A stretch of DNA of 64,000 nucleotides, from positions 40,633 to 104,632 of the forward strand of contig CAKOQK010000002.1 of NCBI GenBank assembly GCA_934101225.1. Direction: 5' to 3'. A model generated the notes under the pieces. That model was given only the letters and a program-made list of their open reading frames with translations. It did not search any database and was not told the DNA's origin. Below, one piece after another: positions 19,591-29,761 of the stretch (position 1 is the stretch's first letter; every line of letters starts with the position of its first letter). The stretch comes from an uncultured Bacilli bacterium (GTDB taxonomy: Bacteria; Bacillota_I; Bacilli_A; RF39; UBA660). Position numbers and translations under genes: made by a program.

Positions 19591-22122
19591 ATGTTAGATA
19601 CAAAATATAATCATGATTTAGTAGAAGAAGGAAAATACGAAAAATGGCTTAGTAAAAATTATTTCAAATGTGATGAAAATAGTTCTAAGAAGCATTACTC
19701 TATCGTATTACCTCCACCTAATGTAACTGGGGTTCTTCATTTAGGCCATGCATGGGATGTTACGTTACAAGATATAATAATTCGTTATAAAAAGATGGAA
19801 GGATATGATTGTTTATGGCTTCCTGGAATGGATCATGCAGCTATTGCAACTGAGGCAAAGGTTGTTAAAAGATTAAAAGATAATGGTATAAATAAGTACG
19901 AATATGGAAGAGAAAAGTTTTTAGATTCATGCTGGGATTGGACTCATGAACATGCTGATATAATTCGTAAACAATGGGCCAAATTAGGTATATCTTTAGA
20001 TTATACTAAAGAAAGATTTACGTTAGATAAACAAATTGAAAATGCCGTTAAAAAAGTATTTGTAGATTATTATAATGAAGGATTAATTTATCGTGGGGAA
20101 AAGATTATTAACTGGGATCCGGTAGCTAAGACGGCATTAAGTAATGAAGAGGTAATTTATAGTGAAGAAGAAAGTGCTTTTTATCATTTAAAATATATAT
20201 TAGAAGATGGTACAAGTTTTTTAGATGTTGCAACAACTAGACCAGAAACTTTATTTGGCGATACGGCTGTTGCAGTTAACCCTGAAGATGAAAGATATAA
20301 AGATTTAATAGGTAAAAATGTAATTCTTCCTATTGTTAATAGATTAATACCTATTATTGGAGATGAACATGCTGATATTACTAAAGGAACTGGTTGTGTT
20401 AAAATAACTCCTGCTCATGATCCAAATGATTTTGAAGTAGGTAATAGACATAATTTAGAGAGAATCGTTATTATGAATGATGATGCAACTATGAATGAAA
20501 ATTGTCCTAAAAAATATATTGGATTAAGTAGGGAAGAAGCTAGAAAAGTTGTTTTAGAAGATTTAAAAGAAGCAGGATTATTAATTAAAATTGATCCACT
20601 TGTTCATGAAGTTGGTCATAGTGAAAGAACTGGCGTTATGGTTGAACCTATGATTAAAAAACAATGGTTTGTTAAGATGAGACCTTTAGCAGATCATGTT
20701 TTAGAAACGCAAAAGAATAAAGAAGAAAAGGTTAATTTTATTCCTTCAAGATATGAAAAGACAATGAATCATTGGATGGAAATAACATATGATTGGTGTA
20801 TTTCTAGACAATTATGGTGGGGACATCGTATTCCAGCCTGGTATAAAGATGGTGAAGTATATGTTGGAACTGAAGCACCTAAAGAAGAGGGCTGGATACA
20901 AGATGAAGATGTACTTGATACTTGGTTTAGTAGTGCCCTTTGGCCTTTTGCTACATTAGGATGGCCTGAGAACACTAAATTATTAGAAACGTACTATCCT
21001 AATTCATGTTTAGTAACCGGTTATGATATTATCCCATTTTGGGTAAATAGAATGACTTTCCAAGGCGAAAAATTATTAGGTAAAAGACCATTTAAGGATT
21101 GCTTAATTCATGGTTTAATTAGAGATAAACAAGGAAGAAAATTTAGTAAATCTTTAGGTAATGGGATTGATCCATTTGATATGGTTAAATTATATGGAGC
21201 TGATTCTTTAAGATACTATCTAGCAACAGATGTTGCACCAGGAACCGATATGCGTTTTGATGAAGAAAAAATTAAATCTACTTGGAATTATATTAATAAA
21301 ATATGGAATGCATCTAGATTTGTTTTAACTAATATTGAAGGACTAGAAAAAATTACATTAGATAATTTAAAACCAGAAGATAAATGGATATTAACTAAAT
21401 TTATGAAATGTGTTCATACAACCAAGAAATTTATGGATAAATATGAATTTAATAATGCTGGAGCAACTATTTATGACTTTGTTTGGAGCAGTTTCTGTGA
21501 TAATTATATTGAAATGGCTAAATATAGTATTGATAGTGAAGTTACTAAATCCGTATTATGTTATGTTCTAACTGGTATTTTAAAATTATTACAACCATTT
21601 ATGCCTTATGTAACAGATGAAATATATAATATGCTTCCAATTAAAGATGCTGAAGATATAATGGTTAGTGAATATCCTAAATATTCTAAGAAATATATAT
21701 TTGAAGAAGAAGAAAAAGTTGTTGATGATCAAATAGCGTTTATTAAGAACTTTAGAAATATTAAAGCTGAAAATAATATTACTAAAGATATGAAAGTTAT
21801 GTTTGATACTGAAGATGATAATGATTTAATAGTTAAAATGTTAAAGATTAAAGATAACGTTGTTACTAAGCCTTTAGGTATTAGAGCATATAAAGTATTC
21901 TCATCTAGAGTTAAAGCACAAATCTTCTTTGAAAAGGTTTTAACTGATGCCGATATTACAGCTAAAGAAGCCCAAATTAAAATGTTAACTGCATCAATTA
22001 GTAGAAGAGAAAAGTTACTATCTAATGAAAATTATGTTAATAAAGCACCTCAAAACATAGTTGAATTAGATAGACAAAAATTAGAAGAAGAAAAGAAGAA
22101 ATTAGAAGAATTAATGAAATAA
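19591..22122 (+). CDS. valS: Valine--tRNA ligase
   Basis: HIGH motif (PPNVTGVLHLGHA), KMSKS variant (KFSKSLGN), C-terminal coiled coil. Confidence 0.95.
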   Translation: MLDTKYNHDLVEEGKYEKWLSKNYFKCDENSSKKHYSIVLPPPNVTGVLHLGHAWDVTLQDIIIRYKKMEGYDCLWLPGMDHAAIATEAKVVKRLKDNGINKYEYGREKFLDSCWDWTHEHADIIRKQWAKLGISLDYTKERFTLDKQIENAVKKVFVDYYNEGLIYRGEKIINWDPVAKTALSNEEVIYSEEESAFYHLKYILEDGTSFLDVATTRPETLFGDTAVAVNPEDERYKDLIGKNVILPIVNRLIPIIGDEHADITKGTGCVKITPAHDPNDFEVGNRHNLERIVIMNDDATMNENCPKKYIGLSREEARKVVLEDLKEAGLLIKIDPLVHEVGHSERTGVMVEPMIKKQWFVKMRPLADHVLETQKNKEEKVNFIPSRYEKTMNHWMEITYDWCISRQLWWGHRIPAWYKDGEVYVGTEAPKEEGWIQDEDVLDTWFSSALWPFATLGWPENTKLLETYYPNSCLVTGYDIIPFWVNRMTFQGEKLLGKRPFKDCLIHGLIRDKQGRKFSKSLGNGIDPFDMVKLYGADSLRYYLATDVAPGTDMRFDEEKIKSTWNYINKIWNASRFVLTNIEGLEKITLDNLKPEDKWILTKFMKCVHTTKKFMDKYEFNNAGATIYDFVWSSFCDNYIEMAKYSIDSEVTKSVLCYVLTGILKLLQPFMPYVTDEIYNMLPIKDAEDIMVSEYPKYSKKYIFEEEEKVVDDQIAFIKNFRNIKAENNITKDMKVMFDTEDDNDLIVKMLKIKDNVVTKPLGIRAYKVFSSRVKAQIFFEKVLTDADITAKEAQIKMLTASISRREKLLSNENYVNKAPQNIVELDRQKLEEEKKKLEELMK

Positions 22123-22166
22123 ATATATAATTAATGATATAATCATTTAAGGTAGGAGGATAAAAA

Positions 22167-22412
22167 ATGACAAAAGAAAAATATGTTTATTCTAATAAAC
22201 CATTAGTTCAAAGACTATTATTCTTATTACTTGGTTTTTCAAATTTTATACTTGGTTTTGGATTATATTATTTATTTAAAGATGATAAATCTAAAGAGTG
22301 GCAAATCGAGTTTATTCAAAGAGGATCTATGTTTGGTTTAATTTTCTTTCTTATTGGTATAATATATGCAATAATAAGTTGGATAATAACTGGAGCAGTC
22401 CCATTAAATTAG
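22167..22412 (+). CDS. Small two-TM membrane protein
   Basis: 81 aa with two hydrophobic helices. RBS GGAGGA upstream. Confidence 0.45.
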   Translation: MTKEKYVYSNKPLVQRLLFLLLGFSNFILGFGLYYLFKDDKSKEWQIEFIQRGSMFGLIFFLIGIIYAIISWIITGAVPLN

Positions 22413-22594
22413 TATAATTATTAGTCCTTAAGGAAGTAGAGTTAATCTATTTCCTTTTATTATTACTTTATTGTATAATTAATATAGTAAATAATTTAAT
22501 TTACTAATGAGTTGATTTATGTTTATATGATTTTTACTATTTTTAAATAAAATAGTGGAGGTGTAAATATAACGTATTAAGCGTTAAATATTAT

Positions 22595-23016
22595 ATGAAG
22601 AAGTATAATTATAATAATTTAAAAGAAGATGAACATGTAGTACATCACTTGGTATTCTACCTATAAAAATAAATGATGACTATGATTTTATTCCTAAAAA
22701 TTTATTTATAGATTTTATAACTGATATATTAGTTAGACCTATTGCTTTAATTTTATATTTTATTGCTAAAATCTTTTTAGGATTTAAAATTGCCGTATTA
22801 TCTAATTCCCCTGTTATACCTATTAAATTTGAGCTTGAAAAATCAACCGGAATATATAAGTTATATAAAAGAAATAAATGTATTCATGCCTATATATTAC
22901 CACCAATATATCCTAATAATGAATTAGAAATTAAAGAAAGAATGAGAGATTTAAAAGAAAGGACTGAAACTATGATGAAGGAGAAAATAAATGAAAATAT
23001 TAATATTATCTTGTAG
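22595..23016 (+). pseudogene. Remnant of a membrane acyltransferase-like gene (tentatively PlsC family) with a frameshift and a missing catalytic core
   Basis: An ATG at 22595 opens 23 codons and then stops. A second frame is open from about 22651 to TAG at 23014-23016 without a start (GILPIKINDDYDFIPKN...LGFKIAVLSNSPVIPIKFE...). No HxxxxD or EGTR motif is present. Confidence 0.4.
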
Positions 23017-24076
23017 TACAGGTGGAGGACATAATTCATGTGCTAGATATATAGACGAAGAATTAAAAGAAAATAATATAGAATGTGAATTTAAAGATTT
23101 CTTTGATATAGTAAATCCCAAAGCTAAAGAATTATCTTCTAAAATATATTTAGCATCATTAAAAGGAAATGGTAAAGTATTTAAAGGTTTATATAGTATA
23201 GGAGACTTATATAGTGATTCAGGGTTAACTAGTCCTGTCTATTTAGCTAATAAATTACATGCTAATAGTTTATTAAAATATATTAATGATAATAATTTTA
23301 CATTAGTTATTACAACTCATCTATTTCCTTCTTTAACTCTTACAGCTATAAATAAACATAATGAAGAAAAAGTTAAATTTATAACCATTGCAACAGACTA
23401 TGAACCATGTCCTTTTATGGAAGAAAGTAAACCAGATATGTTAATTATTCCAAGAGATTTAGAAGATAAATTTATTAAAAAAGGAAATAATAAGGATGCT
23501 ATAAAACCAATAGGTATTCCTATTTCTACTAGATTTGTTAAAACAGCTAAAGATATAAGAAAAGCCCATAATTTAACTAATAATGATAAAATAGTGTTAA
23601 TTATGTTAGGAAGTATGGGCTTTGGTAAAGTTATTGATTTATTAAAAGAATTAGAAAATGAAAATTATAAAATAATAACAATATGTGGAACTAATAATAA
23701 ACTATTAGAAGAAATAAAAAATAAACATTTAAATAATGTTATTCCAATTGGATATACTAATAATATTAATGATTATATTTATACAGCAGATGTTGTTATA
23801 TCTAAACCAGGTGGATTATCATCAACTGAAATTGCATCTTTAAGAAAACCATTTATTCATATGTTTCCAATTCCTGGTATTGAAACATATAATATGAATT
23901 ATTTTAAAGAACATAATATGAGTCTTAATTGTAATAATTATTTAGAATTAAAAGATATGATTAATGAATTATTATATAATAAAAAATTACAAACAAAATT
24001 AATTAATAATCAAAATAAATATATAAATAGTGAATCTGCTAAAGAATTGGTGAATATAATTAAAGAAAACTTTTAA
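22991..24076 (+). CDS. ugtP: MGDG-synthase-family glycosyltransferase (UgtP-like diacylglycerol glycosyltransferase)
   Basis: N-terminal MKILILSCSTGGGHNSCA signature. C-terminal GT-B motif KPGGLSSTE. Confidence 0.7.
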   Translation: MKILILSCSTGGGHNSCARYIDEELKENNIECEFKDFFDIVNPKAKELSSKIYLASLKGNGKVFKGLYSIGDLYSDSGLTSPVYLANKLHANSLLKYINDNNFTLVITTHLFPSLTLTAINKHNEEKVKFITIATDYEPCPFMEESKPDMLIIPRDLEDKFIKKGNNKDAIKPIGIPISTRFVKTAKDIRKAHNLTNNDKIVLIMLGSMGFGKVIDLLKELENENYKIITICGTNNKLLEEIKNKHLNNVIPIGYTNNINDYIYTADVVISKPGGLSSTEIASLRKPFIHMFPIPGIETYNMNYFKEHNMSLNCNNYLELKDMINELLYNKKLQTKLINNQNKYINSESAKELVNIIKENF

Positions 24077-24098
24077 TATATATGAGAGGAAAATAAAA

Positions 24099-25823
24099 AT
24101 GGGAAAAGTAAATGATTATATAGAAAAAATGTTAAAATATTTAAAAATAGAAATAAAAGATAATAAAGAAAAACCTTGGTTAAAATATTATAAAAATGTT
24201 CCTGAAAGCTTAAATTATTATCAAGGAAGTATGTATGATTATTTAAAAGAATCTGTAATTAGAAATGAAAAAAGAACAGCATATTCTTATTATGGTACGA
24301 GTGTTTCTTTTAAAGGATTTTTAAAAAGAATTGATAAAATAGCTAAAGCTTTAACTCAGTTTAATATTGTTGAAAATGAATGTGTAACAATTTGTATGCC
24401 AAACACTCCTGAAAGTATCGCATTAATATATGCAATTAATAAAATAGGTGCAATTGCTAATATTATTCATCCATTATCATCTACTAAGGATATTAAAAGA
24501 GCGTTAGATGAAACTAATAGTACTGTCTTATTTTGTTCTGATACATCTATGCCTAATGCGAAAGATATTAAAGTAAAACATTTTATTTTAGTACCTAATT
24601 CCAACAGTTTAATTAAAGTAAAAAAGATTATTTATAATTTAAAAGAATCAACTAATTTAAAATTAGAAGGTAATATGATATCTTGGTCTGATTTTATTTC
24701 TTATCAAACATTAGAAGATCCTTATATAAAAAGAAAATCTACTGATCCAGCTGCAATAATCTATAGTGGTGGAACAACTGGTAAACCTAAAGGAATAATC
24801 TTGTCTAATTTGAATTTTAATGCTATGGCACTTCAAACAATAAATGTTTGTGATGAATTAAAGCCAGGCAACAGTGTTTTATCTGCACTTCCTATTTTTC
24901 ATGTTTTTGGTCTCGCTTTATGTGTTCATACTTGTTTAATAAGTGGAATGACAGCTATTTTAGTACCCAAATTAAATACTAAAAAGATAAATTCTGAATT
25001 AAAAAAATATAAACCAAATGTCTATCCAGCAGTACCGTCTCTTCTAAAAATGTCATTAGAAGGTTTAGAGTTTAGTAAGAATGGTCTTAAGGATATAAAA
25101 GTTGTAGTTGTAGGTGGAGATTATCTATCACCAGAAACAAAAAATGACTTTGAAAAATTTTTAAAAGAACATGGTAGTAACGCTATTGTAAAAGTAGGAT
25201 ATGGATTATCTGAGGCTTCTGGTTTTTGTTCATCCACTGCTCCAATTGATGAAAAGTATGTTCATAATGGAACTTTAGGAGTGCCTAATCCAGATATAAT
25301 TATTAAAATATTTGAACCAAATAGTGATGTAGAAAAATGTATAGATGATATAGGTGAAATATGTGTAACTGGTCCAACTATATTTATGGGATATATTAAT
25401 GAAGATAAAGAAACTAAAAATACACTAGTAAGACATCATGATGGCCGAACATGGCTTCATACGGGTGATTTAGGATATATGGATAAAAATGGATTTATTT
25501 TCTATACCTCTCGAGCTAAAAGAATGATTATTAGTAATGGTTATAATATTTATCCAATTGAATTAGAAGAAATTATAAAAAAATGCAAATATGTTGCTGA
25601 TTGCACAGTAGTAGCAGTTCCCCATAAAATTAAAAGTCAAACTCCTAAAGCAGTTATTGTATTAAAAAAGGGGATTGAAGATAATTTAAATATTAGAACT
25701 GAAATTAGAAAATATTGTAAAGAAAATATTGCTAGATATGCTCAGCCAACTGAATTTGAGTTTAGAGAAAATATACCTGTTACGGCAATTGGTAAAGTTG
25801 CCTATAGAGATTTAGAAAAATAA
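24099..25823 (+). CDS. AMP-dependent synthetase / long-chain acyl-CoA ligase (FadD-like)
   Basis: YSGGTTGKPKG, GYGLSE, TGDLGYMD, and IGKV near the C-terminus. Confidence 0.8.
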   Translation: MGKVNDYIEKMLKYLKIEIKDNKEKPWLKYYKNVPESLNYYQGSMYDYLKESVIRNEKRTAYSYYGTSVSFKGFLKRIDKIAKALTQFNIVENECVTICMPNTPESIALIYAINKIGAIANIIHPLSSTKDIKRALDETNSTVLFCSDTSMPNAKDIKVKHFILVPNSNSLIKVKKIIYNLKESTNLKLEGNMISWSDFISYQTLEDPYIKRKSTDPAAIIYSGGTTGKPKGIILSNLNFNAMALQTINVCDELKPGNSVLSALPIFHVFGLALCVHTCLISGMTAILVPKLNTKKINSELKKYKPNVYPAVPSLLKMSLEGLEFSKNGLKDIKVVVVGGDYLSPETKNDFEKFLKEHGSNAIVKVGYGLSEASGFCSSTAPIDEKYVHNGTLGVPNPDIIIKIFEPNSDVEKCIDDIGEICVTGPTIFMGYINEDKETKNTLVRHHDGRTWLHTGDLGYMDKNGFIFYTSRAKRMIISNGYNIYPIELEEIIKKCKYVADCTVVAVPHKIKSQTPKAVIVLKKGIEDNLNIRTEIRKYCKENIARYAQPTEFEFRENIPVTAIGKVAYRDLEK

Positions 25824-25995
25824 TGCAATTTAAGAGGTATAAATAAAAGAATTACTAAATTTATAAATAATACGGAATTGGATTATTTAGTGGTTGCTAA
25901 ATATTAATTTTATTTAGTAATTTAAATAAGAATTAAATAAAAGTTAGTGAAAACTATCTTTTTTTATGGTAATATTTAAATAGATATAAAGAAGA

Positions 25996-26931
25996 GTGAT
26001 TATTGTGAAAGATTTAAAAGTTGTATTTATGGGAAGTCCTTTATTTAGTGTTCCTGTCCTTGAAGAATTAAATAAAAATGTAAATGTTGTAGGAGTTGTT
26101 ACAGCACCTGATGCATATGTAGGAAGAAAAAAAGTTCTTGCAATGTGTCCTGTTAAAGAGAAGGCTGTTGGTCTAGGATTAAAAGTTTATAGTCCGATTA
26201 AATTAAGAAGTGATTTTGAATTTATTAAAGAACTCAATCCAGATATGATTATTACTTGTGCTTATGGTCAAATATTAAGTGAAGAAATATTAAATATTCC
26301 TAAATTAGGATGTTTTAATTTACATGGTAGTTTACTTCCTAAATATCGAGGTGGTGCCCCAATTCATTATGCCCTATTAAATGGTGATAAAAAAACGGGA
26401 ATTACTTTAATGTATATGGACAAGGGTATGGATTCTGGTGACATGATTGCCAAAGAGGAAATTATAATAGAAGATAATGATAATATTGAGTCATTAACAA
26501 ATAAATTAAGTATAATTGCTTCTAAGATGATAATAAAATATTTACCTAGTTTAATTGATGGAACTAATAATAGAGAAAAACAAGACAGTAGTAAGGTTAC
26601 TTTCTCACCAATTATTACAAGAGAAGATGAACATTTAGATTTTAATTTAACAGCTAAAGAAATTTATAATAGATATCGTATGTTAAGCCCAAATCCACTT
26701 CCAAATATTAAAATAGATGATATAGAATATAAAATAGCAGAATGTAAAATAGTTGATGCAAGTGGTAAAGTAAGTACAGTTGTAAATAAGGATAAAAATT
26801 CATTTACAATTATGGCAAAAGATAAAGGTATAATGGTTTCAAAAATTAAACCTATTGGTAAAAATATAATGAATGTTAGAGATTTCTTTAATGGATATCA
26901 TGAAGAGATAATAGGCAAAGAGGTTAAGTAA
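25996..26931 (+). CDS. fmt: Methionyl-tRNA formyltransferase
   Basis: VVFMGSP start and the HGSLLPKYRGGAPI motif. GTG start; an alternative GTG lies at 26005. Confidence 0.9.
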   Translation: MIIVKDLKVVFMGSPLFSVPVLEELNKNVNVVGVVTAPDAYVGRKKVLAMCPVKEKAVGLGLKVYSPIKLRSDFEFIKELNPDMIITCAYGQILSEEILNIPKLGCFNLHGSLLPKYRGGAPIHYALLNGDKKTGITLMYMDKGMDSGDMIAKEEIIIEDNDNIESLTNKLSIIASKMIIKYLPSLIDGTNNREKQDSSKVTFSPIITREDEHLDFNLTAKEIYNRYRMLSPNPLPNIKIDDIEYKIAECKIVDASGKVSTVVNKDKNSFTIMAKDKGIMVSKIKPIGKNIMNVRDFFNGYHEEIIGKEVK

Positions 26932-27482
26932 TGAATGATTTAGTAAGTTTATGGAATGATCCTAAATATAAAAATATTATTAAACTTATTTTATGGTTTA
27001 TCTTTATAATCTTCGTATTTTGTTTAGCCTTATTTTCTAATCGAAATAAGGTTATAAATAAAGAAAATATTTCTATAGAAAATAATAATATATTAAAAAT
27101 TCATAATAAAAGTGTAAATATAAAATATCAAATAGATGATTACAAAATAGATGGAAATTATAGTGATAAAATATTTAAAGGAACAGTTACCTATCAAGAT
27201 GGAACTACATATCAAATAAAATATGAAAATGATAGTCTTGTTAAAGATGATAATAATGGTGATTTCCTAGTTATCAGTATTGAAACAAGATATTTAGATC
27301 CTAATTATATAAGTGAATTATTAAATAGTAGTAAACCAACTATTTTAGAAGAAAATAAAAGTTATTTATATAATATTGATGGAACAACTTATTACGTATA
27401 TATAAATGAAAATAATAGTTATAATATAAGAATTATTAAAAACGATAAAGAGGGAATATTAGAATATCAATATTTAGAATAG
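26931..27482 (+). CDS. Hypothetical N-terminally anchored protein
   Basis: One N-terminal TM (IIKLILWFIFIIFVFCLALF). Start overlaps the fmt stop. Confidence 0.5.
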   Translation: MNDLVSLWNDPKYKNIIKLILWFIFIIFVFCLALFSNRNKVINKENISIENNNILKIHNKSVNIKYQIDDYKIDGNYSDKIFKGTVTYQDGTTYQIKYENDSLVKDDNNGDFLVISIETRYLDPNYISELLNSSKPTILEENKSYLYNIDGTTYYVYINENNSYNIRIIKNDKEGILEYQYLE

Positions 27483-27493
27483 TCTGGTGAAAT

Positions 27494-28237
27494 ATGAAAA
27501 ATAAAAATAAATTGATTATTGTTAATTTAATTACAATTAGTAGATTAATTGGAACGATTATGTTCCCTATATTTGTAAATATTATACCTACAATTGGATT
27601 AATAATATATTTATTATTACTTTTACTAACTGACTTTATTGATGGTATTTTAGCAAGAAATTGGAAAGTTAGTACCATATTTGGTGCGTTACTTGATGCA
27701 ACAGCAGACAAAATGTTTGGAATATCTACAATGCTTGTTGTATCAATGAAATATCCTATAATGTTTTTACCAATATTAACTGAAATAATTATTACGAGTG
27801 TAAATATTTGTGGAGCTAACCATGGAAGTGGATTAGAAAGTTCCAACTTGGGTAAATTCAAAACCTGGATATTTGGGCTTGGAACGTTTATTTCATTTCT
27901 AACTATTTATGCAAATGATTTATTGTTAGTAACAAATAGTATCAAGTGGTTAAATAATATTTTAAATTATTTAGTTAATAATAGTTCTTTAGCAGTATCT
28001 TATATGGCCTTTATTATGATGGGTGCAGATATAATGGTTACATTTGATTATCAAGCTAAAGTAAAAGAAGCAGTAAAAAATGCTAAAAAGGAAGGAATAA
28101 AAAGAAAAAATTATAAATTAAAAAAAGGTAATGATTTAAAGTTTGCTTTATTTAATCATAATTATTATATAGAAACTAAAAAAATGCCTTTATTAATTAG
28201 ATTAGGTGAGGAGTATAAAAATGAAAGAAAAAATTAA
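27494..28237 (+). CDS. CDP-alcohol phosphatidyltransferase family protein
   Basis: DFIDGILARNWKVSTIFGALLDATADK equals the D-x2-DG-x2-AR-x8-G-x3-D-x3-D signature. Confidence 0.8.
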   Translation: MKNKNKLIIVNLITISRLIGTIMFPIFVNIIPTIGLIIYLLLLLLTDFIDGILARNWKVSTIFGALLDATADKMFGISTMLVVSMKYPIMFLPILTEIIITSVNICGANHGSGLESSNLGKFKTWIFGLGTFISFLTIYANDLLLVTNSIKWLNNILNYLVNNSSLAVSYMAFIMMGADIMVTFDYQAKVKEAVKNAKKEGIKRKNYKLKKGNDLKFALFNHNYYIETKKMPLLIRLGEEYKNERKN

Positions 28238-29456
28238 AGAAAATAAATATTATCAACTAGGATTAACCATATTTATGGTAATAGGAGCTTGTATATTACT
28301 TACATTTATAATATTTAATATAGATAAGATATGGAAATTTATTGGTACTGTAATAGAACTATTTAGCCCCTTTATTATCGGATTTGTATTTGCTTATTTA
28401 TTAAATCCAATAGTTATATTTTTTAAGAAAAATGTTTTTGATAAATTTGTAAAAAAAGATAAAGTAGCTAATAATTTAAGTTTACTTACTACCTGTGTTA
28501 TCTTTTTAACACTTACAATTATTTTGTTTAATAGTATTATTCCGGCACTTTTAAAAAGTATTCAATCATTAGTTGTTAATATGCCAAGTTATATTAAAGA
28601 TATAAAAGATTATTTAGTTGCTAAGACTGATTCTAGTGGACTTGCTGATGCAATAAACGCTAATTATAGTACTATTAATGAAAGTTTAAATAGTATGATT
28701 AATAATTTTCTTCCTAAATTAGAAGATATGATTACAATAGTATCTAATGGACTATTTGGTGCAGTTAAAGTAGTATTTAAAATATTTATGGGATTTGTTA
28801 TTTCTATTTATTATTTATCTGATAAGGACAACTTTGTTGCTGGAACTAAGAAGATTATTTATAGTATCTTTGGGGTAAAAGTGGCTAATCATATTATGGA
28901 TAATGCTAGACACACTAATGATATATTTGGCAACTTTATTGTTGGTAAATTACTTGATGGATTTACAATTGGATTTATTACATTTATATTCCTAACCATT
29001 TTAGGCTTTAGTGATTATGCTTTATTAATTGGTGTTACAGTTGGTTTAACAAATATGATTCCTTATTTTGGTCCATATATTGGAACTATACCTAGTGCTT
29101 TATTGATTCTTATGGATGAAGTACATGGCGGAGGTAAAATGTGTATTATATTTATTATATTTATAATAGCATTACAACAAATTGATAGTTATGTTATTGA
29201 GCCAAAATTATGTGGATCTAAAACAGGATTAAAATCATTCTGGGTACTTGCTTCTATTTTATTCTTTGGTGATGCTTTTGGAATTATTGGATTACTACTA
29301 GGTGTACCAGTATTCGCATTAATTTATGGATATGTTCATAATTTAGTTACAATTAGATTAGAAGAAAAGAATTTACCTAGTGAAACTAAAGATTATATCG
29401 ACTTAGAAAGAATTAATAGTAAGACTCATGCAGTTGTTAAATTAAGTGATAAATAA
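28221..29456 (+). CDS. AI-2E family transporter (PerM/UPF0118)
   Basis: ATG after GGTGAGGAG. Polytopic. The conserved tail pattern IPYFGPYIG...QQIDSYVIEPKL is typical of the family. Confidence 0.7.
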   Translation: MKEKIKENKYYQLGLTIFMVIGACILLTFIIFNIDKIWKFIGTVIELFSPFIIGFVFAYLLNPIVIFFKKNVFDKFVKKDKVANNLSLLTTCVIFLTLTIILFNSIIPALLKSIQSLVVNMPSYIKDIKDYLVAKTDSSGLADAINANYSTINESLNSMINNFLPKLEDMITIVSNGLFGAVKVVFKIFMGFVISIYYLSDKDNFVAGTKKIIYSIFGVKVANHIMDNARHTNDIFGNFIVGKLLDGFTIGFITFIFLTILGFSDYALLIGVTVGLTNMIPYFGPYIGTIPSALLILMDEVHGGGKMCIIFIIFIIALQQIDSYVIEPKLCGSKTGLKSFWVLASILFFGDAFGIIGLLLGVPVFALIYGYVHNLVTIRLEEKNLPSETKDYIDLERINSKTHAVVKLSDK

Positions 29457-29460
29457 AATT

Positions 29461-29490
29461 AAGATGGTTTAGCAATAATCCGTCTTTTTT
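29461..29490 (+). terminator. Intrinsic terminator
   Basis: AAGATGG ... CCGTCTT stem followed by TTTT. Confidence 0.55.
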
Positions 29491-29761
29491 AATTGGAACA
29501 ATTATGGTTTAAAATTAAATAATTTTAAATCTTTTTAGGTGTACTTAAACTTTAAAAATAAAAGTAAGTATGGTGAAGTGTACTTACTTTACAAATGAAA
29601 TGTACTATACTTTAGTTGTAGTGAATTACTATGTTATATTAAGAGAAAGTTATTTATCAAAAATTAGAGGTTTTTATGATTCAAATTTATGATTCAATTT
29701 TTATTTTGTTGTTCAAAAGTTTAATCTATGTTAAGATATGTTTTAATTGATTGGGGGATTT

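Noticed and set aside
19376-19597. 73-aa ORF in the track upstream of valS
   Set aside because: It lies entirely within the T-box leader and terminator. Its composition and position are explained by the riboswitch-like RNA.
10025-27861. Other shadow ORFs (10025-10291, 12582-12773, 14437-14634, 20769-20975, 27436-27861), plus others outside this span (47351-47569, 48903-49100, 50739-50960, 52891-53115, 62064-62315)
   Set aside because: Each lies inside or antisense to a better-supported gene.
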